DNA of 64,000 nucleotides. It comes from Planctomycetota bacterium (GTDB lineage: Bacteria; Planctomycetota; Phycisphaerae; WQYP01). This document shows positions 48,806 through 58,537 of this stretch, piece by piece. A program made the translations under genes and the position numbers. The notes under the pieces are model-generated. The model had not been told where the DNA came from, searched no databases, and worked only from the letters and a program-made list of their open reading frames with translations. The stretch is taken from NCBI GenBank assembly GCA_021851715.1, contig JAJZCR010000004.1, positions 8,703-72,702 of the forward strand, in the 5' to 3' direction. Positions within the stretch are counted from its first letter, which is position 1; each line of letters starts with the position of its first letter.

Positions 48806-49789
48806 TCACTCCGGCTTGCCGGTGGTAATGGATGGACGGAAAAGCTGACTGCTGAAAGCCTTCTGGTATTCCGTCCAGTTGCCGTCTTCGCTGGGAGCGG
48901 CCACGGCATCAAGTGCCATTTGAGTTTTGGCATCCAAATTATCAATCATGTTCACTAAAATAGCCTCAGGCGTTTTGGGGCGCACCGCGGCACCGAACTC
49001 CGGTTCACCATGGTGCGAAAGAATAATGTGCTCAATGACCATCAGCAGGTCCGGGCGGAAGGCCTTGCCGGTCTGCTGCGAAATTTTTTCCGCTCTTTGA
49101 TGCACCCACATCGTACCGATGGCAATATGCCCCACCAGGCGGCCGGTATCGGTGTAGTCAAAACCGGTGGCAAAGGCCAACTCCGCCGTTTTGCCGATGT
49201 CATGCAGGAACAGTCCGGCCAATACCAGGTCCTGATCGATATCCGGATAGCGCGGACATATCACCAAGGCCAGTTCCAGCAGGCTTAGCGTGTGTTCCAG
49301 AAGGCCGCCGATCCAGGCGTGGTGCATACTTTGCGCCGCCGGGGAAAGCGAAAAACGCTTCATCAGTTCCGAATCATCCACAAACGAAGCCATGAGCTGC
49401 GCCAGGTCTTTGTCATTGATCTTTCCCAGGATCGCCTTCACCCGGGTCAGCATCTCCGGCACATTTTTCTGCGTATGTTTGAGAAGCTCCATCAGATTCA
49501 GCCGGGAAGCATCCTCAATTTTCTGCATTGCCTCCGCAACAAGCTGTAAATGGCCCTGATAATTTTCCACCCGTCCACGTACCTGCACGTAGCCGGTGCC
49601 GGGCAGGCGGTCATACAATTCACGGACGATGTTCCACATGCGGCAATGAATTTTTCCGGTGGCATCGGAACATTCGGCCTTCAAGTATGGCTTGTTGGAA
49701 GTGGTGGTGCCAAGCTGCTTGCCGCCCAGCACAAACACTTGATCCACAACATCTCCTTCACGGAGTTGGGAAATAGCAATGCGTGTCAT
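48806..49789 (-). CDS. OB-fold + HD-domain 3'-5' exoribonuclease (YhaM-like)
   Basis: An N-terminal OB-fold segment is followed by the HD motifs HAWIGGLLEHT...FLHDIGK...SHHG. The ATG is at 49789. Confidence 0.75.
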   Translation of the reverse strand: MTRIAISQLREGDVVDQVFVLGGKQLGTTTSNKPYLKAECSDATGKIHCRMWNIVRELYDRLPGTGYVQVRGRVENYQGHLQLVAEAMQKIEDASRLNLMELLKHTQKNVPEMLTRVKAILGKINDKDLAQLMASFVDDSELMKRFSLSPAAQSMHHAWIGGLLEHTLSLLELALVICPRYPDIDQDLVLAGLFLHDIGKTAELAFATGFDYTDTGRLVGHIAIGTMWVHQRAEKISQQTGKAFRPDLLMVIEHIILSHHGEPEFGAAVRPKTPEAILVNMIDNLDAKTQMALDAVAAPSEDGNWTEYQKAFSSQLFRPSITTGKPE

Positions 49790-50189
49790 AATAACCCTTT
49801 GAGTGTTCAAAAGCTCAGCGTCTGAAACTCTACGCGAATACAACTTTTTATACAACCGCAACTTTCACTGGCCGCGAGAATGGATCGTTACGCCCACTGC
49901 GAGCGTTTTGCCCATGTCAATTTCTCACGCGATTGCTCTTGCTCCGCGGCGGCTCCATCCGCATAAGTGTTGACTTATCGGCCGAGTCAGCCGAAGGTCG
50001 CGGGCGGCCCCGTCCAGCCCTGCTCATGTGCCCCTCGCGCAGCCCCCTGCACGGCCGACAGCCTTTCATGGGAGAGTGGACTTGCCTTTTGTTAACAGGC
50101 GGATAGCATGATCTGTGGACAGGATCGTTGGGGGCCTGGCTGCCCCGGTGGCTCGGACCATGCTATAAACCCTGCAAGGTAAAAACTTC

Positions 50190-52043
50190 ATGTCGATTAT
50201 TCCGCGCTGCGAATATCCCCGCCCACAATTTTGTCGCGAGAAATGGTTGTGCCTTAATGGCTGCTGGGAATTTGAAATAGATTTCGGCGACAGCGGCTTG
50301 GAACGTGGCTTGTTGACTCGCCCGCTGAACGCAAAAATCACGGTTCCATTCTGTCCGGAATCGAAACTTTCCGGAATCGGTAATACAGATTTTATGCCTG
50401 CGGTCTGGTATCGCCGCACCGTGACGGTTCCCGCGGATTGGAAAACCGGTCGCGTATTGCTGCATTTTCAGGCGGTGGATTATGATGCCACCGTGTGGAT
50501 CAACGGCCGCGAGGTTTACAGGCATCGCGGAGGTTTTACACCATTTACGGTGGATCTGCGCAGCGGTGTGGAAGCCGGAACGGAGTTGATCATTGTGCTG
50601 CGGGCACGTGATGATGCGCGATTTTCGCCGCAACCGCTGGGAAAGCAATCCCGGGAGTATGCCAATCAAGCGTGTCTGTACACACGCACCACGGGTGTCT
50701 GGCAGACGGTATGGATGGAGCCTGTGCCCGCGGAAAGCTATTTGCATCGGCCACGCCTCACGCCCGACGTCGCCGCGGGCCTGATTCGCCTGGTGCAGCC
50801 CATTAGTCGCAATTGCCCAGGCTGGAAGCTACGTGCAGTACTTGCTGATGCGGGCGGGGCGCTGGCCACCGCTATCACCCGGGCGGATCTGGATTTAAGC
50901 CCCACCGTGGACTTGCCCATTCCGGCGGATCGCCGTCGGTTATGGTCGATCGCGGATCCGCATCTATATGACCTGACAATTGAGCTTCTCAATCCGCAAA
51001 ATGAAGTGGTGGATACCGCCCGCAGTTATGCCGGACTGCGCAGTGTAAGCCTTGATGGTCACCGGCTGCTGCTGAATGGAAAACCGATCTTCCAGCGGCT
51101 GGTGCTGGATCAGGGTTATTATCCGGACGGAATTTTGACGGCTCCGACCGATGCGGCCCTCAAAGCGGATATCGCGCTGTCACAGGCGGCTGGTTTTAAC
51201 GGTGCCCGGCTGCATCAGAAGGTTTTTGAAGAACGATTTCTCTATCACGCCGACCAGATGGGTTACTTGTGCTGGGGTGAATTTGCCGACTGGGGCGCAG
51301 CGGGGTTTGGTCCTGCCCAGGATCATCACAGACACTCCATAACGTACGCCGGCCAATGGTTAGAGGCTTTGCAGCGCGATTATTCTCATCCCAGCATCAT
51401 TGGATGGTGTCCCCTGAATGAAACACACCAGCCCATTGGCGACCGGATCAGCGGCCTGGATGATGTAACCAGGGCCCTGTTTCTGGCCACCAGGGCGATG
51501 GACCCGACCAGGCCCGTGTTGGATACTTCGGGCTATTCCCACCGTGTTTATGAAGCGGATGTTTATGACTCCCATGATTACGGCGACAACGCCGACTTCT
51601 GGAAAAGCTTCGCGGGTTTCAAGCTGCGACATCAGGCGGCCGCAACATTTACGCCTTTTGTCAATGGTGCCACCGACGCACGGCCGGCCTCCATTGCCTA
51701 CCGCAGCCAACCCTATTTTGTGAGTGAATTCGGCGGCATCGGCTTTAACCTGAAAGAGGTTACCCAGGACAAAACCGCTGTCGAATCCGCCAGCGCCTGG
51801 GGTTATGGCCAGATTCCCGCTACCGAAGCGGAATTTCTCAAACGTTTTGCCGCCTTGTGTGATGTGTTGCTGGATAATCCGCGTATGTTCGGATATTGCT
51901 ATACGCAGTTGACGGATGTATTTCAGGAGCAAAATGGAATTTTTACCTTTGATCGCCGTCCCAAAGTAGCCCTGGAGAAGATACGCGACATTCAGGAACG
52001 AATGGCCGCATTTGAAGTGGACAGCGGCGCACGATCCACATAA
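50190..52043 (+). CDS. Glycoside hydrolase family 2 protein
   Basis: The GH2 sugar-binding N-domain is VLLHFQAVDYDATVWINGREVYRHRGGFTPFTVDL, followed by a TIM-barrel region with NGARLHQ and WCPLNE. Confidence 0.8.
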   Translation: MSIIPRCEYPRPQFCREKWLCLNGCWEFEIDFGDSGLERGLLTRPLNAKITVPFCPESKLSGIGNTDFMPAVWYRRTVTVPADWKTGRVLLHFQAVDYDATVWINGREVYRHRGGFTPFTVDLRSGVEAGTELIIVLRARDDARFSPQPLGKQSREYANQACLYTRTTGVWQTVWMEPVPAESYLHRPRLTPDVAAGLIRLVQPISRNCPGWKLRAVLADAGGALATAITRADLDLSPTVDLPIPADRRRLWSIADPHLYDLTIELLNPQNEVVDTARSYAGLRSVSLDGHRLLLNGKPIFQRLVLDQGYYPDGILTAPTDAALKADIALSQAAGFNGARLHQKVFEERFLYHADQMGYLCWGEFADWGAAGFGPAQDHHRHSITYAGQWLEALQRDYSHPSIIGWCPLNETHQPIGDRISGLDDVTRALFLATRAMDPTRPVLDTSGYSHRVYEADVYDSHDYGDNADFWKSFAGFKLRHQAAATFTPFVNGATDARPASIAYRSQPYFVSEFGGIGFNLKEVTQDKTAVESASAWGYGQIPATEAEFLKRFAALCDVLLDNPRMFGYCYTQLTDVFQEQNGIFTFDRRPKVALEKIRDIQERMAAFEVDSGARST

Positions 52044-52062
52044 ACAATCATCTGGAACAGCC

Positions 52063-55000
52063 ATGAAACTTGTCATTCATCTGATCGGTAATGCCCATCT
52101 GGACCCCGCCTGGCTATGGACCTGGCCGGCCGGTGTGGATGAATCCATTAATACGTGCCGCACGGCATGCGACCTGCTGGATTTATACCCGGACCTGCAC
52201 ATCACGCGCGGCGAAGCGTGGGTTTATGACCAGGTGCGCAAGGCGGATCCGCGCACGTTTGGGCGTATTCAGGCACACGTTGACGCGGGGCGATGGCATA
52301 TCGTCAATGGCTGGTGGATTCAGCCCGATTGTAATCTGCCCGGGGAAGCGTCATTTCTAAAGCAGGCGGAAATCGGCGGCCGATTTTTTCAGGAATATTT
52401 CGGCGTTCACGTGGATGTCGGTTATAATGTGGATTCTTTCGGCCACTGCGCCATGCTTCCCAGTTTTCTTACTCGTACCGGCATGAATGCGTATGTATTT
52501 ATGCGGCCGCAAGTGACGGAAAAGCAGCTTCCGTCCGATCTGTTCCGGTGGCAAAGCCCCGCCGGCGATACGGTGACGGCATTCCGCATTTCCGCAGCGT
52601 ATCTCGCGACAAACGTATCGAGTTTAATCAGCAACATCCACGCGACTGTGGCCGCGGCGGATCGCCGCGTGGGCCACGCCATGTGTTTTTACGGTGTGGG
52701 CGATCACGGCGGTGGACCGACACGGGCCCAAATTGAATGGATCCGGAAGAACCGGCAATTCTCAGAGGATGTGGAGTTGCGATTCAGCCACCCACGGGCA
52801 TTTTTTGATGCGGTCAAGGATAAGGCCGCACAATTGCCCCTGGTGGTCGGTGAATTACAAATGCATGCGGTAGGCTGTTACACCGTGGTCCGTGACATTA
52901 AACAGGGTGTGCGGCAGGGCGAGGCGGCGTTAATACAGGCGCAGATTCTGGCCAACGATCTGCCGGAACCACAAGCATCCGACACCCGGCGGAAACTGCT
53001 GGAAGCATGGTGCCGGCTGCTCTTTAATGAATTTCACGATGTGCTCGGAGGCAGTTGCATTGACAAGGCCTGTCGGCAGAGTATCGATGACCTCGGCTAT
53101 GTTCATTCAGTGGCCCGCGAGGCCATCGTGGATATCACCCGCAGGAATATGACCAGCCTGGAACCGTGCCCTCGTCAGCGCCTGGTGATCTGCAATCCTT
53201 CCGAAAAACCATGGATCGGGTTGGCCGAGTTTGAGCCTTATCTGCCAGCGAATGGACAATCGCCTGAATTTATATTGCGGGATGAAGATGGAGCGGTGGT
53301 CCCATCCCAGGATATCGTGGCGGACGCAGCCACGAATCTAACGCCCAGAATATTGTTTCCGATACGTGTGCCGCCCAACGAACGGCAAATCTTGCAACTT
53401 TACCGCAGGCCTGAAGCTCACCGGGAACCTTCCCATTTTGACGTACAAGTTGATAAGATGGCCTATGGACAACTCCAACTCAGGGTCGGTCGCACCGGCG
53501 TGGAACAACTGACTTTTCATTCCCAGTCTATGCTGGGAACCGGTGGAATCCAGATTGTCGTGCTGGAGGATTTGTCCGATACATGGTCGCACGGCCTGGT
53601 CGGCTACCAAGGTCCGCTGCTGGGCACCTTTACCGCAGCTACACCATGGCGCGTCCGCGAGCAGGGACCGCTGCGTGCGGCTCTGGAAAATTTCTTCAGC
53701 TTCCAGGGCAGCTTTTTACACTGGACTGTACTGCTGGAACAAGATTCACCTATGATTCGGATGAAACTGCGGCTGAATTGGCATGGGCATCGCAAAATCG
53801 TGAAGCTGCTGTTGCCGGCGGGCTTTTTGGTGCAGTCGCGCCGCGACGGCACGCCGGGTGCTCTGATTGACAGGCCGTTGGACGGACGGGAATATCCACT
53901 GCGCGATGTGGTGACGCTGCAAGGCAAGGACCGGTCGCTGGCCATGGTCAGCGCGAATATCTCCGGCGTGGATGTACAGGCGGACGGCCTTATTCGTGCA
54001 ACGTTGCTGCGCTGCCCGTACTATGCCAACCATGATCCCTTCGTGGTGCTGCCGGAAAACGCCTTTCCGGTTACCGACCAGGGAACGCATGAGTACGAAA
54101 TAGCTATTTTGGCCGGCACGGCTGATCTGGCACCACAAGCCCTGGATGTAGCCCACCGCATGAACTTTCCGCTCTGGATTTCGGAGGCCACCCAAGGTAT
54201 GGCTGCAGGCTGGACCTACGACCCGGCGCTGACGGTCGCTGCCTGCCCGGACGAACCTCCGATCATGCCCTTTGAAGCCTTAGGGGCATGGGAACTCTGT
54301 GCCCGACTGGCGGATTCCCAGGCGATAAGCGTGGTGCCCAGTGAAACCATCAGTCCACGGTGGCCGGGAGAAAAGCTTATTTTCACCACAGCGGCGGGCA
54401 TCGCCATCGATTGGCTCATGCCGTGCGATTCACGTTATTGTATCACCGCCGGATACGTGGAAGGCGGGGAGTTTGGTGCCCTGGATATTTATGCAGATGG
54501 AAAACTGCTCGGGATCCCCGGGGCTGATGGCAGCGCACCACAGGCTCTCGTGACGGCGGAGGCTTTGCCCGCAGGCAAAGTGCGGCTGGAACTGCGCCGC
54601 CGCGGCGGCAGCAAAACAGCTCTTGGTTTCTTGGAATGCCTACCGGTGCTGCGCGATATTGGCGGGGCGTCGTGGATGGCGGTTGGTCCGTTTCCGTATG
54701 ATTTGAAATCAGGCTTGGCACCGGAGCAACTGCTGGAAACCGCCGTACATGAGCCGGAAACATCGCGTGATTTTCAATCCGCCGTGGTTTTGAACAAACA
54801 TGCCACCGCACGCTGGACGCGCATGAGCGCCTGTGATGATTATGTGGACTTTAAAAAAGTTTTCGGCGCCGGCGAAGGTTCGATTCATTATGCGGCGACG
54901 CATTTATTTTTGCCGCGCCCCTGTCGCGTACGACTGCGGTACGGCATGGATTATTACCTGCGGATGTGGCTGAACGGGAAACTGGTGCTGCCATTTGCCC

Positions 55001-55182
55001 GGGGCCATGGACCGGCATGCAAGGGACAATTTTTCCTCGATGTGGATTTGCCCGCGGGACACAGCGAATTGCTGGTTAAAGTGGCTGCAGGTTCGGGCGG
55101 TAATGGGTTTTGGATGGCAGTCAGCGATCTGGAGGATCTGGTTGTCGAGGCGATGCCGAACCGGCCCATGCGTCCGGGGTAG
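52063..55182 (+). CDS. Glycoside hydrolase family 38 alpha-mannosidase
   Basis: The N-terminal metal site is HLIGNAHLDPAWLW, with DSFGH and FNEFHDVLGGS motifs. The length is ~1040 aa. Confidence 0.85.
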   Translation: MKLVIHLIGNAHLDPAWLWTWPAGVDESINTCRTACDLLDLYPDLHITRGEAWVYDQVRKADPRTFGRIQAHVDAGRWHIVNGWWIQPDCNLPGEASFLKQAEIGGRFFQEYFGVHVDVGYNVDSFGHCAMLPSFLTRTGMNAYVFMRPQVTEKQLPSDLFRWQSPAGDTVTAFRISAAYLATNVSSLISNIHATVAAADRRVGHAMCFYGVGDHGGGPTRAQIEWIRKNRQFSEDVELRFSHPRAFFDAVKDKAAQLPLVVGELQMHAVGCYTVVRDIKQGVRQGEAALIQAQILANDLPEPQASDTRRKLLEAWCRLLFNEFHDVLGGSCIDKACRQSIDDLGYVHSVAREAIVDITRRNMTSLEPCPRQRLVICNPSEKPWIGLAEFEPYLPANGQSPEFILRDEDGAVVPSQDIVADAATNLTPRILFPIRVPPNERQILQLYRRPEAHREPSHFDVQVDKMAYGQLQLRVGRTGVEQLTFHSQSMLGTGGIQIVVLEDLSDTWSHGLVGYQGPLLGTFTAATPWRVREQGPLRAALENFFSFQGSFLHWTVLLEQDSPMIRMKLRLNWHGHRKIVKLLLPAGFLVQSRRDGTPGALIDRPLDGREYPLRDVVTLQGKDRSLAMVSANISGVDVQADGLIRATLLRCPYYANHDPFVVLPENAFPVTDQGTHEYEIAILAGTADLAPQALDVAHRMNFPLWISEATQGMAAGWTYDPALTVAACPDEPPIMPFEALGAWELCARLADSQAISVVPSETISPRWPGEKLIFTTAAGIAIDWLMPCDSRYCITAGYVEGGEFGALDIYADGKLLGIPGADGSAPQALVTAEALPAGKVRLELRRRGGSKTALGFLECLPVLRDIGGASWMAVGPFPYDLKSGLAPEQLLETAVHEPETSRDFQSAVVLNKHATARWTRMSACDDYVDFKKVFGAGEGSIHYAATHLFLPRPCRVRLRYGMDYYLRMWLNGKLVLPFARGHGPACKGQFFLDVDLPAGHSELLVKVAAGSGGNGFWMAVSDLEDLVVEAMPNRPMRPG

Positions 55183-55262
55183 ATGGCGGGAAAGCAATCG
55201 GACTGAGTTCCGCAACCCGCCCCGCGCTTTGCATGGAAGCCGGTTTATGCTATAAGACTGTA

Positions 55263-55994
55263 ATGGCAAAACCCATGGTCATGGCGATTGCTCATCGTGG
55301 AGCATCGGCTATTGCCCCCGAAAACACCGTTGCCGCATTCGATGAAGCGATTCGGTTGGGATCGTCAGCGGTTGAGTTTGATGTGAGAATGTCCGCCGAT
55401 GGCGTTCCAGTGGTCATCCACGATGACCAGATCGACCGAACAACCAATGGCCATGGGCGCGTGGCGGATTTTACGGCGCTGGACTTGCGCCGCTTTGACG
55501 CCGGTTCGTGGAAAGGTCATCGGTTTGCGGCAGCACGCATTCCCACGCTGGAAGAGGCCCTGCTGGCAATTGCGGATCCCACGATTCCAGTCCTTGAAAT
55601 CAAAGTCCATGTTCCGGCAGCAGTGCTGGCGGAATTGCTGCACCGCCACCATGCGGCGGCCCGGGCGATGGTGATCAGCTACCATGCAGAACTGCTGGCT
55701 CCACTGAAGGCATTGCTGCCGAAACTGAAAATCGGATTGCTGCTGGATGACTGGAGCAAGGATCCGCTACGGCCGGCGCGGGCGCTGGCTGCAACCACCG
55801 TGGTGGCAAACGTGCGGTGTCTGACGATGGAGCATGTAGCGGCGGCGCATGCTGCCGGCCTCAAAGTGTGGTGCTTTACGGCCAATGATGTCGGACTGGT
55901 GGCGGCAATGGCGGCAATGGGAGTGGAAGGGATTATTACGGATTATCCTGACCTGATCCGTTCTCAACGTGGATGGTCGGCCAGGACAATTTAG
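55263..55994 (+). CDS. Glycerophosphodiester phosphodiesterase family protein
   Basis: AIAHRGAS...PENT...AVEFDVRMSADGVPVVIHDDQIDRTTNG is the GDPD signature. Confidence 0.85.
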   Translation: MAKPMVMAIAHRGASAIAPENTVAAFDEAIRLGSSAVEFDVRMSADGVPVVIHDDQIDRTTNGHGRVADFTALDLRRFDAGSWKGHRFAAARIPTLEEALLAIADPTIPVLEIKVHVPAAVLAELLHRHHAAARAMVISYHAELLAPLKALLPKLKIGLLLDDWSKDPLRPARALAATTVVANVRCLTMEHVAAAHAAGLKVWCFTANDVGLVAAMAAMGVEGIITDYPDLIRSQRGWSARTI

Positions 55995-56011
55995 CATAGC
56001 GAGACGATGGA

Positions 56012-57139
56012 ATGGAAAACCAAGTGACTGGGTTGCTGGAAATAACCGAAAAAGGCCATGGATTATTGCGAGCCCAGCAGCGAAAATTCAAGCCGAACCC
56101 CACAGATGCCATGGTTTCCAGTGAAATGATTGAGGCCTTGCGCCTGCGGCCCGGCCTGATACTCACGGGCACGGTGAACTCCAATGGTAAAGGATCCGTG
56201 GCGCAGGTTGCGGAAATAATTTCCGTCAACGGCAAAACGCCCGCGGAGTATCAGCAGATTACGCCATTTTCCGAATTGACGGTTATTGACCCGCGGCAGC
56301 GCATCGTGCTGGAGACCAAAGGTGGGCCGGAATCCATGCGCATCATGGATATGCTCACGCCGATAGGCCGCGGACAGCGGGGCTTGATTGTGGCTCCACC
56401 CAAAACCGGCAAAACCACCCTGCTCAAGCAAATTGCCGAGGCGGCCTTGATCAACCACCCGGATATGAAAGTGTTCATTTTGCTCATTGATGAGCGCCCG
56501 GAGGAAGTAACCGATTTTCGCCGCTCGCTATCGGCGGAAGTCTGGGCCAGCAACAATGACGAAGACGTTCCATCCCACGTGCGCGCCGCGCGGGGCATGA
56601 TAGAGCGGGCCCGGCGCCTGGTGGAATTTGGTGCCGACGTGCTGGTGGTGCTGGATTCGATCACGCGCCTGGGACGGGCGTTTAACCATTTTGTAGGGTC
56701 CAGCGGTCGCACGATGTCCGGCGGTGTGGATTCGTCAGCGCTGCTGGAACCACGCAGCATCTTTGGAGCGGCACGCAATATCGAGCATGGCGGCTCCCTG
56801 ACCATTATCGCCTCAGCCCTGATTGATACCGGCAGCCGGATGGATGAGCTGATCTTTCAGGAATTCAAGGGAACGGGCAACATGGAAGTAGTCCTGTCGC
56901 GCAAGCTCGCCGAACGGCGGGTGTGGCCGGCCATTGATCTGCCCGTCAGTGGCACGCGCAAGGAAGAATTGTTGCTGGGGCCGGAAATGGCGCACAAGTC
57001 GGCGCTGCTGCGGCGCAACCTGATTCATCGCGATCCGGTGCAGGCCATGCAGACTCTTCTCACAGCCATGAAAAAATATCCGACCAACGTGGAATTTCTC
57101 AACAGCTTCCGTGAGCCCGCCCCGCTGCGGCGCCGGTGA
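56012..57139 (+). CDS. rho: Transcription termination factor Rho, lacking the N-terminal helix-bundle subdomain
   Basis: The OB/CSD region GLLEITEKGHGLLR aligns with E. coli GVLEILQDGFGFLR (residue ~50). The Walker A is PIGRGQRGLIVAPPKTGKT, and the Q- and R-loops are conserved. An in-frame TAG at 55997-55999 precludes a longer N-terminus. Confidence 0.9.
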   Translation: MENQVTGLLEITEKGHGLLRAQQRKFKPNPTDAMVSSEMIEALRLRPGLILTGTVNSNGKGSVAQVAEIISVNGKTPAEYQQITPFSELTVIDPRQRIVLETKGGPESMRIMDMLTPIGRGQRGLIVAPPKTGKTTLLKQIAEAALINHPDMKVFILLIDERPEEVTDFRRSLSAEVWASNNDEDVPSHVRAARGMIERARRLVEFGADVLVVLDSITRLGRAFNHFVGSSGRTMSGGVDSSALLEPRSIFGAARNIEHGGSLTIIASALIDTGSRMDELIFQEFKGTGNMEVVLSRKLAERRVWPAIDLPVSGTRKEELLLGPEMAHKSALLRRNLIHRDPVQAMQTLLTAMKKYPTNVEFLNSFREPAPLRRR

Positions 57140-57144
57140 TCCGC

Positions 57145-58365
57145 TTATTTGCGGCGGGCCGCCCGGGCGGCCAATTCCGCAGCTTTGTCGGTTTTTTCCC
57201 AGGTGAATTTTTCCCCGGTGCGGCCGAAATGACCATGCCGCGCGGTTGCCTGGTAAATCGGACGCAGCAAGTTCAGATGTTGAATGATGCCCGCAGGCGT
57301 CAGCGGAAATATTTCCCGCACCAGATCGCTGATGAAGGCATCTTCCAGGGTGGATGTTCCTTCCGTGTCCACGGCGACGCTGACCGGTTCAGCCACGCCG
57401 ATGGCATAGCCCAGTTGAATCTCACACGCGGTGGCCAGTTTCGCCGCCACGATGTTTTTGGCGATATACCGGGCCATATAACTCGCGGAGCGATCCACCT
57501 TGGAAGGATCCTTGCCGGAAAACGCGCCCCCGCCGTGACAACCCCGGCCACCATACGTATCAACGATGATTTTTCTGCCGGTCAGGCCGGAATCTCCGTG
57601 CGGTCCGCCGACCAGAAAATTGCCGGTGGGATTGATATGAAACTTGATCTGATTGTTCCAGAGTTTCGGACATTCCTCCATAATCACCGGCTTGATGATC
57701 TGCTCGATGATGACCTTGCGGGACGCGTCGGAAAAACTCTGGCCTTTCATGGCCGCTTCCGTGTGCTGCGTGGAAAGTACAACGGTGTGAATTCGCAACG
57801 GCGATCCATGCGAATCGTATTCCACGGTGACCTGACTTTTGGCGTCCGGGCGGAGCCATTTAATTTTACCCGTTTGTCGCAGATCGGCGTGGCGCTCCAT
57901 GAGGCGATGGCTGAGGTAAATGGGCAGCGGCATGTAGGATTTCGTTTCGTTGCAGGCGAAACCGAACATAATGCCCTGGTCACCGGCACCCTGATCCCTG
58001 GTCTTGGTGGCGGTGACGCCGCGGGAAATATCCGGCGACTGGCCGTGAATGACCCTTAGCACCGCGCAACTGCGCGCGTCGAAACCGGTGGCCGGATCGT
58101 TATAGCCGATCTCGGCGATGGTTTTGCGCGCCACCTCATCCACTTCATTGAGGGCCTTGATCCCCGCTGCGTTGACCGTCACCTCACCCGCCAGAACCAC
58201 CAGGCCTGTGGTAACCAGCGTTTCGCAGGCCACACGGGCGTGGGGGTCCGCACTCAAAAGCAAGTCCAGAATGGCATCGGAAATTTGATCGGCGACCTTG
58301 TCCGGGTGGCCCATACTTACCGACTCGCTGGTAAATAACTGCGTTCCCTGATTCACTTTTACCAT
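57145..58365 (-). CDS. metK: S-adenosylmethionine synthase
   Basis: [30 protein letters not shown] and GGGAFSGKD are MetK motifs. A GAGGT SD precedes ATG 58365. Confidence 0.95.
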   Translation of the reverse strand: MVKVNQGTQLFTSESVSMGHPDKVADQISDAILDLLLSADPHARVACETLVTTGLVVLAGEVTVNAAGIKALNEVDEVARKTIAEIGYNDPATGFDARSCAVLRVIHGQSPDISRGVTATKTRDQGAGDQGIMFGFACNETKSYMPLPIYLSHRLMERHADLRQTGKIKWLRPDAKSQVTVEYDSHGSPLRIHTVVLSTQHTEAAMKGQSFSDASRKVIIEQIIKPVIMEECPKLWNNQIKFHINPTGNFLVGGPHGDSGLTGRKIIVDTYGGRGCHGGGAFSGKDPSKVDRSASYMARYIAKNIVAAKLATACEIQLGYAIGVAEPVSVAVDTEGTSTLEDAFISDLVREIFPLTPAGIIQHLNLLRPIYQATARHGHFGRTGEKFTWEKTDKAAELAARAARRK

Positions 58366-58537
58366 TAAAAACCTCACTACAGTAACGTAAAGACTTCCGT
58401 CAAAAACCACAAACCCAAAAGTATACGGTATTTATCAATGGTTGGAAAGCAATTTTGACACGAAAAAAGCCGCATAGCCGCATTGCGTACCCCAGCCCCA
58501 CCTGCATCGCTGCCCATAGTCCGGTTTTTGAGGGTGC

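Noticed and set aside
58366-58537. Possible SAM riboswitch in the metK leader
   Set aside because: The region is short and AT-rich and mostly occupied by the dnaE 3' flank. I could not find SAM-I, SAM-II or SAM-IV consensus helices. An ATGCGGCT tandem followed by a T-run was noted, but there is no proper terminator stem.
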